Shown one piece after another: positions 1-13,594 of a stretch of DNA of 64,000 bases. The position numbers were made by a program, and so were the translations under genes. This DNA is from an uncultured Oscillospiraceae bacterium (GTDB lineage: Bacteria; Pseudomonadota; Gammaproteobacteria; Burkholderiales; Burkholderiaceae_F), in the NCBI GenBank assembly GCA_963587345.1, contig CAVACW010000001.1, positions 38,645-102,644 of the forward strand. The letters are read 5' to 3'. How positions within the stretch are numbered: position 1 is the first letter of the stretch; every line of letters starts with the position of its first letter. The notes beneath the pieces were generated by a model. The model ran no database searches, was not told the origin of the DNA, and was given only the letters and a program-made list of their open reading frames with translations.

Positions 1-999
1 GTCGATGAGCTTTAACGCAGGGAGCTTCGCGTGCGCCGCCGCACGAAGGGTGATCGACAGCAACCGGTAGCGGCCCTCCTGCGCCTTCGCCCAAGTTTCC
101 AGTGACGGCGTCGCCGACCCCAGCACACAGGTGATGCTGAGCGTGTGCGCCCGCTTCACTGCGAGGTCTCGCGCGGAGTAATAGATGCCGTCTCCTGCCT
201 TGTAGCTTGCGTCGTGCTCTTCATCCACGAGAATGAGCGAGAGCTTCGTGAAGCTCGCAAAGATCGCCATGCGGGTGCCCACCAGCACTCGAGCCCGGCC
301 TTCGTGCACGGCAAGCCAGCTCGCCGCCCGCTCCTTCAAAGCAAGCTTTGAATGAAGCGTCACCACAGTCTCCCCGGCAAAGCGGGAGCGCACGCGGTTT
401 TCCAACTGCGGCGTAAGGTTGATTTCCGGCACAAGCAGCAGCACCTGCGCTTCCGGATCCTTTTTCAACACCGCCTGCATGGCAGCGAGATACACCTCCG
501 TCTTGCCCGAACCCGTAACGCCAAACAAAAGAAAGGGCGCAAAGCCCTGCGCTTCGGTGATGGCCTGCACCGCAGATGCCTGCTCAGCATTCAAAACGGG
601 CGCCTCCGTTGGCGTCACGGCTTTTTCCTTCAGCGTTTTCAGCGAGGCCACCGTCGCTTCATGTCTTGCCCTCGGCACGCGGCGCCAGAAGGGCGGCAGC
701 GCCGGCAACGCCGCCTCCCCCCAAAAGGAAAGGTAGTAGTCCGCCGCAAAGCGTGTGAAGTCCAGCCATTCCTTTGAAAGCGGCCGAGTGTCCGCCAAAA
801 GCTTCGCCACCGATCGCAGCTTCTTCGGCTCAACATCCGTAGCCGCCCTCAGCTCTGCAACGATACCCACGACCTTTCGCGTCTGCAGAGGCACCACCAC
901 ACGGTCCCCCGCCGCAAGCGACATGTCTTCCGGCACTTTGTAGTCAAGCGGCGGCAGGGGCGAGTCAACCAGCACCCGGGCATACTGAAAGGACGTCAT
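1..999 (-). CDS. priA: Primosomal protein N' (replication restart helicase), 5' part; runs off the window start
   Basis: Not in the ORF track. Hand translation from ATG 999 gives MTSFQYARVLVDSPLPPLDY, Walker A GVTGSGKTEVYL and VDEEHD. Confidence 0.95.
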   Translation of the reverse strand, partial: MTSFQYARVLVDSPLPPLDYKVPEDMSLAAGDRVVVPLQTRKVVGIVAELRAATDVEPKKLRSVAKLLADTRPLSKEWLDFTRFAADYYLSFWGEAALPALPPFWRRVPRARHEATVASLKTLKEKAVTPTEAPVLNAEQASAVQAITEAQGFAPFLLFGVTGSGKTEVYLAAMQAVLKKDPEAQVLLLVPEINLTPQLENRVRSRFAGETVVTLHSKLALKERAASWLAVHEGRARVLVGTRMAIFASFTKLSLILVDEEHDASYKAGDGIYYSARDLAVKRAHTLSITCVLGSATPSLETWAKAQEGRYRLLSITLRAAAHAKLPALKLID

Positions 1000-1122
1000 G
1001 ACAAAGGAACAATCGATGGGAGGAATTGACGCATCCTACCCGATTCCCCAAAAGGCATTTTGTCAATCGCTACCCATAGGGGATGCCCACCCCAGGAAAC
1101 ACAAGATGCTGACCGAAGAAAG

Positions 1123-1341
1123 TTCTCCACCTGTGGATAACTTTGTGGAGAAGAGGGAAACACCGAAACGAACAGTGGAGAGCTCATGCTTCCGCCCTCC
1201 TTTATGCCAGCATCTGCAAAAAAAGTAGTTTCTTTTATTTTCAATGCACGACACACCAAATCTAAGGAAAAAATCAGCCGCTGTCACTTCAAGAATGACA
1301 GCGGCTGCATCGGAAAATTCTGTGGATAACTCTGTGGAATT
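1123..1341. promoter_or_regulatory. DnaA-box cluster between hemE and priA
   Basis: TTCTCCACC 1123, TGTGGATAA 1132, TGTGGAGAA 1144; TGTGGATAA 1321, TGTGGAATT 1333. Confidence 0.75.
1268..1307 (-). terminator. Intrinsic terminator after hemE
   Basis: 12-bp stem CAGCCGCTGTCA/TGACAGCGGCTG followed by a T-tract on the minus strand. Confidence 0.8.
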
Positions 1342-1372
1342 GCTTTTTTTAGCTTCCCCAACCTCGCAATTT

Positions 1373-2440
1373 TCAAGCGTGCTTCGCTCGAGAATACTGA
1401 TGCACTTCATCCACCAGAATTTGAACGGCGTCCGGATCGGTGAACTGGCTGATGCCGTGGCCAAGATTGAAGACGTGGCCTCCCTGGCCAACCGACCCGA
1501 ATTCGTCCAAAAGCCGGCGAGCTTCCGAACGAATGGCATCTTCTCCAGCAAAAAGAACCGCGGGATCCATGTTGCCCTGCAACGCCACTTTGTCACCCGT
1601 GCGGCGTCGAGCCGCCGCAAGATTCACGCACCAATCAACGCCAATGCAGTCAGCGCCGCAAGCCGCGAGATCCTCAAGCCAGTTGCCGCCCCCCTTTGTA
1701 AAGACAATCACAGGCACCTTCTCGCCGTCGTACTCCCGATGAAGATCGCGAATGATGTCAGCGATGTACTTGAGGGAGAAAGCCTGATAAGCGCCGTCGG
1801 CAAGCGCGCCGCCCCAGGTGTCGAAAATCTGCACTGCCTGCGCGCCCGCTTCAATCTGTGCGTTCAGATACGCCGTCACAGCGCGGGCATTGACGTCAAG
1901 AATGGCGTGCAACAGATCCGGCCGACGATAGAGCATTTGCTTCACCGTCGCGAAGTCCTTCGAAGAACCACCTTCGACCATGTAGCAGGCGAGCGTGAAG
2001 GGGGAGCCTGAAAAGCCGATGAGCGGAACGCGGTTGTTAAGTGACCGGCGAATGACGCTCACCGCATCCGTCACATAGCGAAGCTTGTCCGCAGGATCCG
2101 GCACATAGAGCGCCTTCACATCCTCTTCCGTGCGAACGGGCTTGGCGAATACCGGCCCCTCGCCCTTCACAAAGGAAAGCCCCAGCCCCATCGCGTCCGG
2201 CACCGTAAGAATGTCGGAAAAAAGAATGGCGGCATCCAGACCAAATCGATCCACCGGCTGCAGCGTCACCTCGCAGGCGCCCTCTGGCGACTGCGCCAGC
2301 GCCAAAAAACTCCCCAAACGTTCCCGCGTCGCGTTATATTCCGGCAAGTAGCGGCCGGCCTGGCGCATCAGCCACAGCGGCGTGTATTCGGTCTGTTCGC
2401 GCTTTAAAGCACGCAGGAAAGTATCGTTGGTCGGTTTCAT
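1373..2440 (-). CDS. hemE: Uroporphyrinogen decarboxylase
   Basis: [31 protein letters not shown]; start moved to ATG 2440 (MKPTNDTFL). Confidence 0.97.
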   Translation of the reverse strand: MKPTNDTFLRALKREQTEYTPLWLMRQAGRYLPEYNATRERLGSFLALAQSPEGACEVTLQPVDRFGLDAAILFSDILTVPDAMGLGLSFVKGEGPVFAKPVRTEEDVKALYVPDPADKLRYVTDAVSVIRRSLNNRVPLIGFSGSPFTLACYMVEGGSSKDFATVKQMLYRRPDLLHAILDVNARAVTAYLNAQIEAGAQAVQIFDTWGGALADGAYQAFSLKYIADIIRDLHREYDGEKVPVIVFTKGGGNWLEDLAACGADCIGVDWCVNLAAARRRTGDKVALQGNMDPAVLFAGEDAIRSEARRLLDEFGSVGQGGHVFNLGHGISQFTDPDAVQILVDEVHQYSRAKHA

Positions 2441-2789
2441 GAGTCGAAGTAAAAAAAGAGCTGCCGTTGTTTCGGAGAGCGCGTCCGCCGTTTCAGCGAC
2501 GGACGCTCCGTGGATCACGCCGCATGCAGCGGGCGCCGTTCTGGCAGTTCACGCCCAGCCTGGGGCCAAGCGCGATGCTGTTGTCGGAGAATACGACGGA
2601 AAGCTTAAGATAGCCCTAACGGCGCCGCCGGTGGACGGAAAGGCCAACGAGAAGCTTCTCCGTTTTCTGGGAGAAAAAACCGGTCTCGCCAAGTCCTCGC
2701 TTGAGCTCATCGCCGGCGACACTTCGCGCGCCAAGCGCATTCTTTTCAAAGGCCTATCCGCCTCAGAACTAGCGTCCCGGCTGAAATAA
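2439..2789 (+). CDS. DUF167/YggU family protein
   Basis: HAQPGAKR...[18 protein letters not shown]...GDTSRAK; in-frame ATG at 2439. Confidence 0.88.
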   Translation: MSRSKKRAAVVSESASAVSATDAPWITPHAAGAVLAVHAQPGAKRDAVVGEYDGKLKIALTAPPVDGKANEKLLRFLGEKTGLAKSSLELIAGDTSRAKRILFKGLSASELASRLK

Positions 2790-2854
2790 AAAAGCCGCCG
2801 GCACCGTCGGAACGTCTCCCCCGACCGTTGCTGGCGGCATTCGTCAAGCAAGAC

Positions 2855-3262
2855 TTAGCGAATCACGAGCACCGGACGGTCAGCCTTCGCAAGAACCTTC
2901 TGCGTTTCGGAGCCAAGAATAAGGCTTCCCAGCGTGCCAAGACCTCGGCTTGCCATCACGATGCACCGGACTTCGTAGCGCTCAGCCACAGCCAAAATGC
3001 CGCTGGACACTTCGTCGCAATGCTCAGCCACAAGATCAAACGGCACTTCCGCTGCTTCCGCAAGGCGTTTTACCGCGTTGAGGCGCTCCTGAACATCCTT
3101 TGACTCGTTTTCCAAGCCCGCCACGAGGTTGGGCTTGCCGAGCACCGCCGTCATGCCGACCACCGGCAACTTCAGCTCCTTGGCGATTTCCACAGCCGAT
3201 TCAATGCCTTTGTGCGAAAGGTCGCTACCATCGGTGCAGACCTGAATCACATCTTTCAACAT
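2855..3262 (-). CDS. Universal stress protein (single Usp domain)
   Basis: VCTDGS N-terminus; IVMASRG...LGSETQKVL...PVLVIR. Confidence 0.92.
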   Translation of the reverse strand: MLKDVIQVCTDGSDLSHKGIESAVEIAKELKLPVVGMTAVLGKPNLVAGLENESKDVQERLNAVKRLAEAAEVPFDLVAEHCDEVSSGILAVAERYEVRCIVMASRGLGTLGSLILGSETQKVLAKADRPVLVIR

Positions 3263-3320
3263 ATCCCTTCCTCTATTTGAAAAGTCATATTCCGTTTTGA
3301 ACGGATTCGATCATCCTACC

Positions 3321-3353
3321 AAAAAAAAGACGCCCGGGAAGATCCCGAACGTC
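3321..3353 (-). terminator. Intrinsic terminator of the atp operon
   Basis: Minus strand GACGTTCGGGA-TCT-TCCCGGGCGTC then T8. Confidence 0.8.
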
Positions 3354-3390
3354 CTTTTCGCTGCAAACACAGCCAAAGAACCGAAGTTCT

Positions 3391-3801
3391 TTAGTGACGC
3401 ATTCTGCGGATGTAGGCAAGCTGAGCCGCCAGAGCAGACATCGTCGCTTCAAGTTTCGCGATTTCCGTATTGCTCTTGGCCTGTTCCTTGGCCTGCTTGG
3501 CATCTTCGAGCGCTTTCTTTGCCTTAGCTTCATCAAGGTCTTTGCTGCGGATAGCAGTGTCGGCAAGAACCGTCACGCGATCGGGCTGAACCTCAAGAAT
3601 GCCGCCGGCAACGAAAATATTTTCCTCCTTACCCTCAGAGGTCTTGACGCGAACGGCGCCCGGACGAATGCGGGTAATGAGCGGGACGTGGCCGGGCAGA
3701 ATGCCGAGTTCACCTTCCTGGCCGGGAAGCGCCACAAAAGACGCTTCGCCCGAGAAGATGCCCTCTTCTGCGCTGACGACGTCAACAAAAAGCGTTGCCA
3801 T
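3391..3801 (-). CDS. atpC: F1 ATP synthase epsilon subunit
   Basis: [14 protein letters not shown]; position in operon. Confidence 0.97.
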   Translation of the reverse strand: MATLFVDVVSAEEGIFSGEASFVALPGQEGELGILPGHVPLITRIRPGAVRVKTSEGKEENIFVAGGILEVQPDRVTVLADTAIRSKDLDEAKAKKALEDAKQAKEQAKSNTEIAKLEATMSALAAQLAYIRRMRH

Positions 3802-3881
3802 AAGTTGCTCCGTTTAATCGGCGGGAAATAAACCTCAGGCGAAGCCGCGGCGAGACGCCGCCGCTTCGCGTCTGAGTCTTA

Positions 3882-5288
<1,407 letters not shown>

Positions 5289-5311
5289 TTAATCCTCGGT
5301 ATTCAAATCTC

Positions 5312-6196
5312 TTAAGACACCGCAGCGGCACCACCGACGATTTCGGTGATTTCCTTCGTAATGCCGGCCTGACGGGTCTTGTTGTAGACGAGCTGCAGAT
5401 CTCCGATGAGCTTCTTCGCGTTGTCCGAAGCCGCCTTCATGGCGACCATACGGGCCGACTGCTCAGAAGCCATATTTTCTGCAACCGCCTGATAAATCAA
5501 AGCTTCGACGTAGCGCTTGAGCAATTCGTCGAGCACAGTCTGCGCATCGGGTTCGTAGATGTAATCCCACGAGTATTGACGCGGCTCTTCACCGATCGCG
5601 GCGAGCTTTTCCTCAGAGAGCGGCAAAAGCTGCTCAACCGTCGGAATCTGCTTCATTGCGTTCACGAAACGCGTATAAGCGAGATACACGGCGTCAACCT
5701 TGCCCTGCGCGTACGCATCCAGCTGAACGCGGATAGCGCCGAGCAGGCGTTCGAGGTTAGGCCGATCGCCGAGCTGCACGACCTGACTCACGACCTCCAG
5801 ACCGAGATGACCGGAAAAGGCGACAGCCTTGTTGCCGATAGCGGTCACGGAAAGGGACTGGCCCTTTTCGCGGAGTTCCTGAGACTTGTGAAGCACGAGG
5901 CGCTGAATGTTGGTGTTCAGCGCACCCGCCAGGCCCTTGTCGGTGGCGACGATGATCATCGCCGTCTTGCCGGACTGGGCCTTGTGCTTGACGAGGAAGG
6001 GATGCGAGTAGTCCGTCGAGGACGCCGCGAGATGCGCAATGATGTTGCGAATCTTGTCAGCGTAAGGACGAGCCTGACGCATCCGATCCTGAGCTTTGCG
6101 CATCTTCGAGGCCGCAACCATTTCCATCGCCTTCGTGATCTTGCGCGTGTTCTGCACGCTCTTGATCTTTCCGCGAATTTCCTTTGTACTAGGCAT
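5312..6196 (-). CDS. atpG: F1 ATP synthase gamma subunit
   Basis: [29 protein letters not shown]. Confidence 0.98.
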   Translation of the reverse strand: MPSTKEIRGKIKSVQNTRKITKAMEMVAASKMRKAQDRMRQARPYADKIRNIIAHLAASSTDYSHPFLVKHKAQSGKTAMIIVATDKGLAGALNTNIQRLVLHKSQELREKGQSLSVTAIGNKAVAFSGHLGLEVVSQVVQLGDRPNLERLLGAIRVQLDAYAQGKVDAVYLAYTRFVNAMKQIPTVEQLLPLSEEKLAAIGEEPRQYSWDYIYEPDAQTVLDELLKRYVEALIYQAVAENMASEQSARMVAMKAASDNAKKLIGDLQLVYNKTRQAGITKEITEIVGGAAAVS

Positions 6197-6219
6197 GTGG
6201 TCCTCTTAAAAATGCGCAG

Positions 6220-7761
6220 TTAGTAAGCGCCGTTCTTCTGAAAGTCTTCGATCGCAGCCTTGAGCGCAGCGTTGTCCTCCTTGGAGAGCTGCTTTTCAGC
6301 TTCGATGTGGGCGATCAGATCAGCATACTTCGTCTGCAGGAAGTCGCGCATGGCGCGTTCGCACTTCAGAGCGTCCTTCACAGCGACGTTGTCATAGAAG
6401 CCCTGTTCCACCGCGAACAGCGTCACGGCTTCTTCCCAAACCTGCAGAGGCTGGTACTGAGGCTGCTTCATGAGTTCGGTCACCACGCGGCCGCGTTCGA
6501 GCTGCTTGCGGGTCGCTTCGTCGAGGTCGCTCGCAAACTGAGCAAAAGCCGCCAGTTCACGATACTGAGCGAGCGCGAGACGCACGCCGCCGCCCAACTT
6601 CTTGATGATCTTCGTCTGAGCGGCACCGCCCACGCGAGACACCGAGATACCGGGGTTGATGGCGGGACGAATACCAGCATTGAAGAGGTCCGTTTCCAGG
6701 AAGATCTGGCCGTCGGTAATCGAAATCACGTTCGTCGGAACGAAGGCCGTGACGTCGCCTGCCTGCGTTTCAATGATCGGAAGAGCCGTCATGGAACCGG
6801 TCTTGCCCTTCACTTCCCCCTTCGTGAAGCGTTCGACGTAAGTCGGATTCACGCGAGCGGCGCGTTCGAGCAAACGGGAGTGCAGATAGAAGACGTCGCC
6901 AGGGTAGGCTTCACGTCCCGGCGGACGACGCAACAGCAAGGAAATCTGACGATAGGCCCAAGCCTGCTTCGTCAAGTCATCGTAAACGATGAGGCTGTCC
7001 TGGCCGCGGTCGCGGAAGTATTCGCCCATCGTGGCGCCGGCGTACGGCGCGATGTACTGCAAAGCCGCCGTTTCAGAAGCGGAAGCAGCGACGACGATCG
7101 TGTATTCCATGGCGCCGTGCTCTTCGAGCTGGCGGACGACGTTGGCGATCGTAGAAGCCTTCTGGCCGATAGCGACGTAAACGCAGATGAGGTTCTTGCC
7201 CTTCTGGTTGATGATCGTATCGAGCGCGATGGCGGTCTTGCCCGTCTGACGGTCACCGATGATGAGTTCGCGCTGGCCGCGGCCGACGGGAATCATGGCA
7301 TCGATGGACTTCAGGCCGGTCTGCACCGGCTGAGACACGGACTGACGTTCGATGACGCCCGGGGCCACCTTTTCGACCACGTCGTATTCCTTCGTGTCGA
7401 TCGGGCCCTTGCCGTCGATCGGCTGGCCGAGAGCGTTCACCACGCGGCCGATCAGAGCCGGACCAACGGGAACGGAAAGAATGCGGCCGGTCGTCTTGAC
7501 CGTGTCGCCTTCGGAAATATGTTCGTATTCGCCGAGAACCACCGCACCAACGGAATCACGCTCAAGGTTGAGGGCGAGGCCATAGGTGTTATTGGGGAAT
7601 TCGAGCATTTCGCCCTGCATCACGTCGTGAAGACCGTGCACACGGCAAATACCGTCGGTAACCGAAATCACGGTCCCTTGGGTACGGAGATCAGCGGAGA
7701 CCCCGAGGCCTTCGATTCGCTGCTTCAGCAGTTCGCTGATTTCACTGGGATTGAGTTGCAT
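6220..7761 (-). CDS. atpA: F1 ATP synthase alpha subunit
   Basis: [31 protein letters not shown]. Confidence 0.99.
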   Translation of the reverse strand: MQLNPSEISELLKQRIEGLGVSADLRTQGTVISVTDGICRVHGLHDVMQGEMLEFPNNTYGLALNLERDSVGAVVLGEYEHISEGDTVKTTGRILSVPVGPALIGRVVNALGQPIDGKGPIDTKEYDVVEKVAPGVIERQSVSQPVQTGLKSIDAMIPVGRGQRELIIGDRQTGKTAIALDTIINQKGKNLICVYVAIGQKASTIANVVRQLEEHGAMEYTIVVAASASETAALQYIAPYAGATMGEYFRDRGQDSLIVYDDLTKQAWAYRQISLLLRRPPGREAYPGDVFYLHSRLLERAARVNPTYVERFTKGEVKGKTGSMTALPIIETQAGDVTAFVPTNVISITDGQIFLETDLFNAGIRPAINPGISVSRVGGAAQTKIIKKLGGGVRLALAQYRELAAFAQFASDLDEATRKQLERGRVVTELMKQPQYQPLQVWEEAVTLFAVEQGFYDNVAVKDALKCERAMRDFLQTKYADLIAHIEAEKQLSKEDNAALKAAIEDFQKNGAY

Positions 7762-7777
7762 CTTTGAGCTCCGAAAT

Positions 7778-8329
7778 TTATGCGGTGAGCGCCGCCTGCA
7801 TCTTCTTCAAGCGGGCACGCACGGACGTGTCGATGATCTGGTCGCCGACAGTGATGCTCACGCCGCCGATCAAGTCCGGATTCACGGTCACGATCGGGTT
7901 GAGCTTCTTGCCGGGGAAGCGATCAGACAAGTCTGCGAGAACCTGCTTCACAGCCTTGTCATCCAAGGCGTAGGCGGTCTCAATGTAGGCGTCAGCGACG
8001 CCTTCGGATTCGTTCTTAAGAGCGCGGTACTGCGCGGCAATTTCAGGCAGAGCTTCCAGACGACCGTTTTCGATCACAACACGGATCAAACCGGTAAGCT
8101 CGGGAGCGAGTCCCTTGCCCAAGGCACCGGTAATGACCTCGTAGACCTGATCGACGGTCAGTTTGGGGTCGTTCACGAGCTCATTGATCTGAGCATCGTG
8201 AGAAACCTCGGCCAGCACATCAAGGTACTGACCGATCTTGGTGATCTTCGCCGCGGAAGTGTTGTGTTCCGTAAGCGCCAGCCAGAGGCCTTCGGCGTAC
8301 GGGCGTGCAATCGTCGAAAGTTCAGCCAT
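7778..8329 (-). CDS. atpH: ATP synthase delta subunit
   Basis: [30 protein letters not shown]. Confidence 0.97.
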   Translation of the reverse strand: MAELSTIARPYAEGLWLALTEHNTSAAKITKIGQYLDVLAEVSHDAQINELVNDPKLTVDQVYEVITGALGKGLAPELTGLIRVVIENGRLEALPEIAAQYRALKNESEGVADAYIETAYALDDKAVKQVLADLSDRFPGKKLNPIVTVNPDLIGGVSITVGDQIIDTSVRARLKKMQAALTA

Positions 8330-8331
8330 GA

Positions 8332-8802
8332 TCAGAGCTTCGCCTTAAGTTGGTCAAGCATCTGAGCGTGAGCGGCCGCATCGACTTCGCGCTGGAGAAT
8401 CTTTTCTGCACCGGCGACGGCAAGAGCCGCCACTTCGTTACGGAGAGCTTCGCGAGCCCGCTGCGCTTCCTGAGCGACTTCTGCTCGAGCTGCAGCGATG
8501 ATGGCATCGGCTTCAACCTGGGCCTGTTCCTTGGCGCTCTCGACAATCTTGGCTCCGCGCTTTTCACCGTCGGAAACGATCGTCGTCGCACGAGCACGCG
8601 CCTCGGCTTCGATTTCACGCCCCTTGGCTTCCGCTTCCGCCAGAGCGACAGTGCTCTTGTCAGCAGCCGCCAGACCTTCGGCGATCTTCTTTTGGCGTTC
8701 TTCGATCGCTTTGACCAAAGGCGGCCAGATGAACTTCATCGTGATCCAACAACCGATGAAGAACACCAGCATCTGTACAAACAGTGTTGCGTTGATGTTC
8801 AT
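8332..8802 (-). CDS. atpF: Fo ATP synthase subunit b
   Basis: MNINATL, N-terminal [14 protein letters not shown] coiled coil. Confidence 0.97.
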   Translation of the reverse strand: MNINATLFVQMLVFFIGCWITMKFIWPPLVKAIEERQKKIAEGLAAADKSTVALAEAEAKGREIEAEARARATTIVSDGEKRGAKIVESAKEQAQVEADAIIAAARAEVAQEAQRAREALRNEVAALAVAGAEKILQREVDAAAHAQMLDQLKAKL

Positions 8803-8893
8803 TATGGGAACCCCGTTACGTCAGTGCCGGCCCAAATACGGCAGGCACTGACGGCGTCATTGATAAAAAAGACGTTGTGCCGCAGGCTAGGAA

Positions 8894-10029
<1,136 letters not shown>

Positions 10030-10050
10030 AAGTAAACCGATCCTAGGTTT

Positions 10051-10404
10051 TCAATGATTAAAAATCGGCAACAGCAACACGCTGAGCGCGGCAGCAATGA
10101 TCCCGAAGACCACCGCTGGCCACACAAGCCCCGAAAACAAGACAGCCGTCAGGAACAGCAGCAGGCACGTCGCCAAAACTTTCAGAAACTCCAGCACCAG
10201 CACCATTCCGGGCGCAATCGGACGCTTCGTCACATCACTCACAAGAAGGTTCAACACCACCAGCGAGTTCGGTATCGCTACGCACATTCCGCCCGCCGCA
10301 GCAGAAAATGCCGCGTTCAAGCTAAAAAATGCTGACAAAACAACCGTTACAAGAACCAGCAACCACTGGCAGATCACGACATGAAACAGCTCTTCGCGGT
10401 TCAT
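10051..10404 (-). CDS. atpI: ATP synthase protein I
   Basis: Four hydrophobic segments; first gene of the atp operon. Confidence 0.85.
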   Translation of the reverse strand: MNREELFHVVICQWLLVLVTVVLSAFFSLNAAFSAAAGGMCVAIPNSLVVLNLLVSDVTKRPIAPGMVLVLEFLKVLATCLLLFLTAVLFSGLVWPAVVFGIIAAALSVLLLPIFNH

Positions 10405-10542
10405 TTCGCGACCCTTGCATGAATGTATCTGAAAAACTGCATTATTTTACGTACGCTCACATTTTTAAACAAGTACCCAGATGTCTAAAAGTACTAGTCT
10501 TTCCGAACTAGCTGACGCCCTGTTTACGGTATTTGACTCAGA

Positions 10543-11460
10543 TCAAGCCGGCTCCTCACCAGGAAGAAGCTTTTCAATGATGGCCTGAAGATCATCAAGA
10601 TCCGCAAAGTCAATCACAATCTGCCCCTTTCCGAGCCGTCCCACATTGACGTGCACAGGAGCCGCCAGCGCATCGCTCAAGCGCCGCTCAAGAATTTCAT
10701 CATCCTTAGTGCGCTCTGGATTCTTCTTGGGCTTGGCCAGCTTCTCCTTGCCCCAGTTCGACACCATTTTTTCAGCCTGACGAACGCTCGAACCTTGACG
10801 AACAATCTCCGTAGCCGCCAGAACTTGTTCGCCGCCCGAAAGCGAGAGAAGCGCCCGCGCATGCCCCATCTCCAGCTTTCCTTCGGACACCATCTTCTGC
10901 ACGGGTTCCGCAAGATTCAAGAGACGCAGCAGGTTCGACGTCGCCGGACGGCTGCGGCCAATCGCTTTCGCCGCCTCTTCGTGCGTGAAGCCGAACTCAT
11001 CGATGAGACGCTTTACGCCCACCGCCTCTTCCATGACGTTCAAGTCCTCACGCTGCATGTTTTCAATGAGCGCAACAGCAAGCGTCGTCTTGTCGTCAAG
11101 CTCCCTAACGATGGCTGGAATCTTTGTCCTGCCCGCAAGCTGCGAGGCCCTGAAGCGCCGTTCGCCCGCAATGATCTCGTAACGCCCTTCGCCGATCGGG
11201 CGAATGATGATGGGGCTGATGACTCCCTGCTCACGAATGGAGTCCGACAGCTCGCGAAGCTTCTCCTCCTCCATCTTCGAGCGCGGCTGATACTTGCCCG
11301 CCTGCAGGAGCGACATGTCCATTTCAGTAACAACGTCTCCAGACACCACCGCTTCCTGAACGGTCTTTTCGCCCAAAAGTCCCTGCATCTGAACCATCGA
11401 CACATCGTCACCCAAAAGACCCTTGAGGCCGCGGCCCAGACCGCGATGAGGCTTTGCCAT
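10543..11460 (-). CDS. parB: Chromosome partitioning protein ParB
   Basis: LGRGL, YQPR, AGERRFRA, IENMQREDLN, HTH. Confidence 0.97.
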   Translation of the reverse strand: MAKPHRGLGRGLKGLLGDDVSMVQMQGLLGEKTVQEAVVSGDVVTEMDMSLLQAGKYQPRSKMEEEKLRELSDSIREQGVISPIIIRPIGEGRYEIIAGERRFRASQLAGRTKIPAIVRELDDKTTLAVALIENMQREDLNVMEEAVGVKRLIDEFGFTHEEAAKAIGRSRPATSNLLRLLNLAEPVQKMVSEGKLEMGHARALLSLSGGEQVLAATEIVRQGSSVRQAEKMVSNWGKEKLAKPKKNPERTKDDEILERRLSDALAAPVHVNVGRLGKGQIVIDFADLDDLQAIIEKLLPGEEPA

Positions 11461-11463
11461 GAC

Positions 11464-12246
11464 TTACTTCTCCTTTGACGGCGTTTCCACGCGCTTCACG
11501 ATTTCACGCGCAAACTGCAAATAGGCCTTCGCGCCGCGGCTCGAAGGATCGTAAAGAACGCCGGGAAGACCATAGGAAGGCGCCTCCGCCAGACGAACGT
11601 TTCTAGGAATGACCGTATCAAAGACACGATCCCCAAAATTCTCCTTGAGCTGATCACTCACCTGCTTCTGCAGCGTCATGCGTGGATCAAACATGACTCG
11701 TAGCAATCCGATCATCTTCAAGTTGGGATTCTTGTTAAAACGCACGCGCTTCACCGCGTTCACCAAGTCACTCAATCCCTCGAGCGAGAAATACTCGCAC
11801 TGCATCGGAATGATGACGCCCACAGCAGCGCACAGCGCATTCACCGTCACAATGGAAAGCGTCGGAGGGCAGTCGATCAAAATCCAGTCATACTTGCCCG
11901 CCAACGGGTCCAGAGTCTTCTTCAGACGCATGTCGGCGTCATCACATTCCATAAGATCCATTTCCGCCGCAGCAAAGTCGCGATTGCTCGGAATGACGTC
12001 ATACTTTCCCTGCTCGCTGCGCACGACAACCTCATCAAACTTCGCCGTGCCGATCAAAAGCTCATAAACCGTCTTTTCGCATTCACTCTTTTCGATGCCG
12101 GAACCCATGGTGGCGTTTCCTTGAGCATCCAAATCGATCATGAGGACCTTCTTGCCTTTTTTTGCCAGAGCTGCCGCCAGATTCACCGTCGTAGTTGTTT
12201 TTCCGACACCGCCCTTCTGATTGGCTATGCAAAAGTTATAAGACAT
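11464..12246 (-). CDS. parA: Chromosome partitioning ATPase ParA/Soj
   Basis: NQKGGVGKTTT, DCPP, IPRNVRLAEAPS. Confidence 0.97.
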   Translation of the reverse strand: MSYNFCIANQKGGVGKTTTTVNLAAALAKKGKKVLMIDLDAQGNATMGSGIEKSECEKTVYELLIGTAKFDEVVVRSEQGKYDVIPSNRDFAAAEMDLMECDDADMRLKKTLDPLAGKYDWILIDCPPTLSIVTVNALCAAVGVIIPMQCEYFSLEGLSDLVNAVKRVRFNKNPNLKMIGLLRVMFDPRMTLQKQVSDQLKENFGDRVFDTVIPRNVRLAEAPSYGLPGVLYDPSSRGAKAYLQFAREIVKRVETPSKEK

Positions 12247-12272
12247 ATAATTTCCCTTTCTTCAGTCAATAG

Positions 12273-12929
12273 TTAACGCGGAAGTGTAGCCCACAACTCA
12301 GAAAAACCTGCCCAGAATATGGTGACACCAAGGCAGATCAGAATAAAAGCAAAGATTCGTGCGAGAGCATCGCCGCCCGCCGCCCCCACTCGCTTGTTGA
12401 TGCGATCACAGTAGCGATAGCAAACCCAAATGGACAACCCGCTCAACAGCACGCCAACTATGCAGCCGACGGCATCACCCACGTTGCGAACCGGCGTTGC
12501 ACCAATCGCCACGGCGACTGAAATGGCGCCTGGCCCCGTTGTCAACGGCAGAGTAAACGGGTAAAAAGCCATGGAAGAAAGCGCCAGCGAACTTTTGGGT
12601 TTTGCTTGCGGCGCAGAATCATCCTGACTAGGCGCATTCAAAGCAGACCACCCCGCGCCAAAAAGCACGATGCCCCCCGCCACGCGCAAAGTAGCAATGG
12701 AGATGCCAAAGAAATTCAGAATGAGGTTGCCCGCATACATGCTCACAAATAGCACGATGATGGAGTAGATCGCAATGCGATTGGCCATGCGAGATCGAGT
12801 CGCGGTATCAACGCCTTTTGTCAGCGCCAGAAAGAACATGGCACCGCCAATCGTGTTGAGCACCGGAAAAAATGACACGAACACAAAGAGCGCAGTGGAA
12901 TAGGCGCTCGAGATTTCCGTAGCAAACAT
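12273..12929 (-). CDS. MarC family integral membrane protein
   Basis: FGISIATLRVAGGIVL; PFTLPLTTGPGAI. Confidence 0.92.
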   Translation of the reverse strand: MFATEISSAYSTALFVFVSFFPVLNTIGGAMFFLALTKGVDTATRSRMANRIAIYSIIVLFVSMYAGNLILNFFGISIATLRVAGGIVLFGAGWSALNAPSQDDSAPQAKPKSSLALSSMAFYPFTLPLTTGPGAISVAVAIGATPVRNVGDAVGCIVGVLLSGLSIWVCYRYCDRINKRVGAAGGDALARIFAFILICLGVTIFWAGFSELWATLPR

Positions 12930-12943
12930 AAGCCGATTTTCTC

Positions 12944-13594
12944 CTAATGTTTCCGTCGACGAATTACCACGAGGTGTCTTTCAACGTCAGCCCCCGGCAA
13001 TGTCAGAGGAATGCTCGTCACATCAAAGCGAATTGCATCCAGCTCTCCCAATTCCTCTTCGGAAAGCTTTCCCTTCATGGCAAGCCACACCCCATTTTCA
13101 TCGAGCAAGTGCTCCGTCCAGTTAGTCATATCCTTCAAGGAGGCAAACGCCCGGCTTGTGATGACGTCAAACGGAAGCACTGCCAACTTTTCCACCCGGT
13201 CATTGAAGACCGTGAAATTCGTGAGCCGGCACACCGCCCCTGCCTGACGCAAAAACACCGCCTTCTTTTTCACCGTATCCACCGCTGAAACGGAAAGATC
13301 CGGCCGCATGACCGCAAGCGGAATGGCTGGCAAACCGCCGCCGCTTCCCACATCAAGCACACGCTTTGCATCAGGCGCAAACTCCGCTACTTTCGGCACC
13401 AGCGTAAGCGAATCCGCTACATGCAAGGTAAGAACCGACGCAAAATCGGTGATGTGCGTCAGGTTGTACGTGGAATTCCACTTCAACAGCGTTTCACAAA
13501 AGGTCGCCAGCTGCTGTGCCTGCTTTTCCTCAAACGAAAGATTGAGGCTCTCCAAACAGGCAACAATATCGGACGTCGTAATTTTTTCCACCAT
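12944..13594 (-). CDS. rsmG: 16S rRNA m7G527 methyltransferase
   Basis: WNSTYNLT, HVADSL, DVGSGGGLP, SRAFASL. Confidence 0.96.
   Translation of the reverse strand: MVEKITTSDIVACLESLNLSFEEKQAQQLATFCETLLKWNSTYNLTHITDFASVLTLHVADSLTLVPKVAEFAPDAKRVLDVGSGGGLPAIPLAVMRPDLSVSAVDTVKKKAVFLRQAGAVCRLTNFTVFNDRVEKLAVLPFDVITSRAFASLKDMTNWTEHLLDENGVWLAMKGKLSEEELGELDAIRFDVTSIPLTLPGADVERHLVVIRRRKH

Noticed and set aside
996..1259. Small ORFs in the priA-hemE spacer
   Set aside because: They overlap DnaA boxes and show no coding signature.
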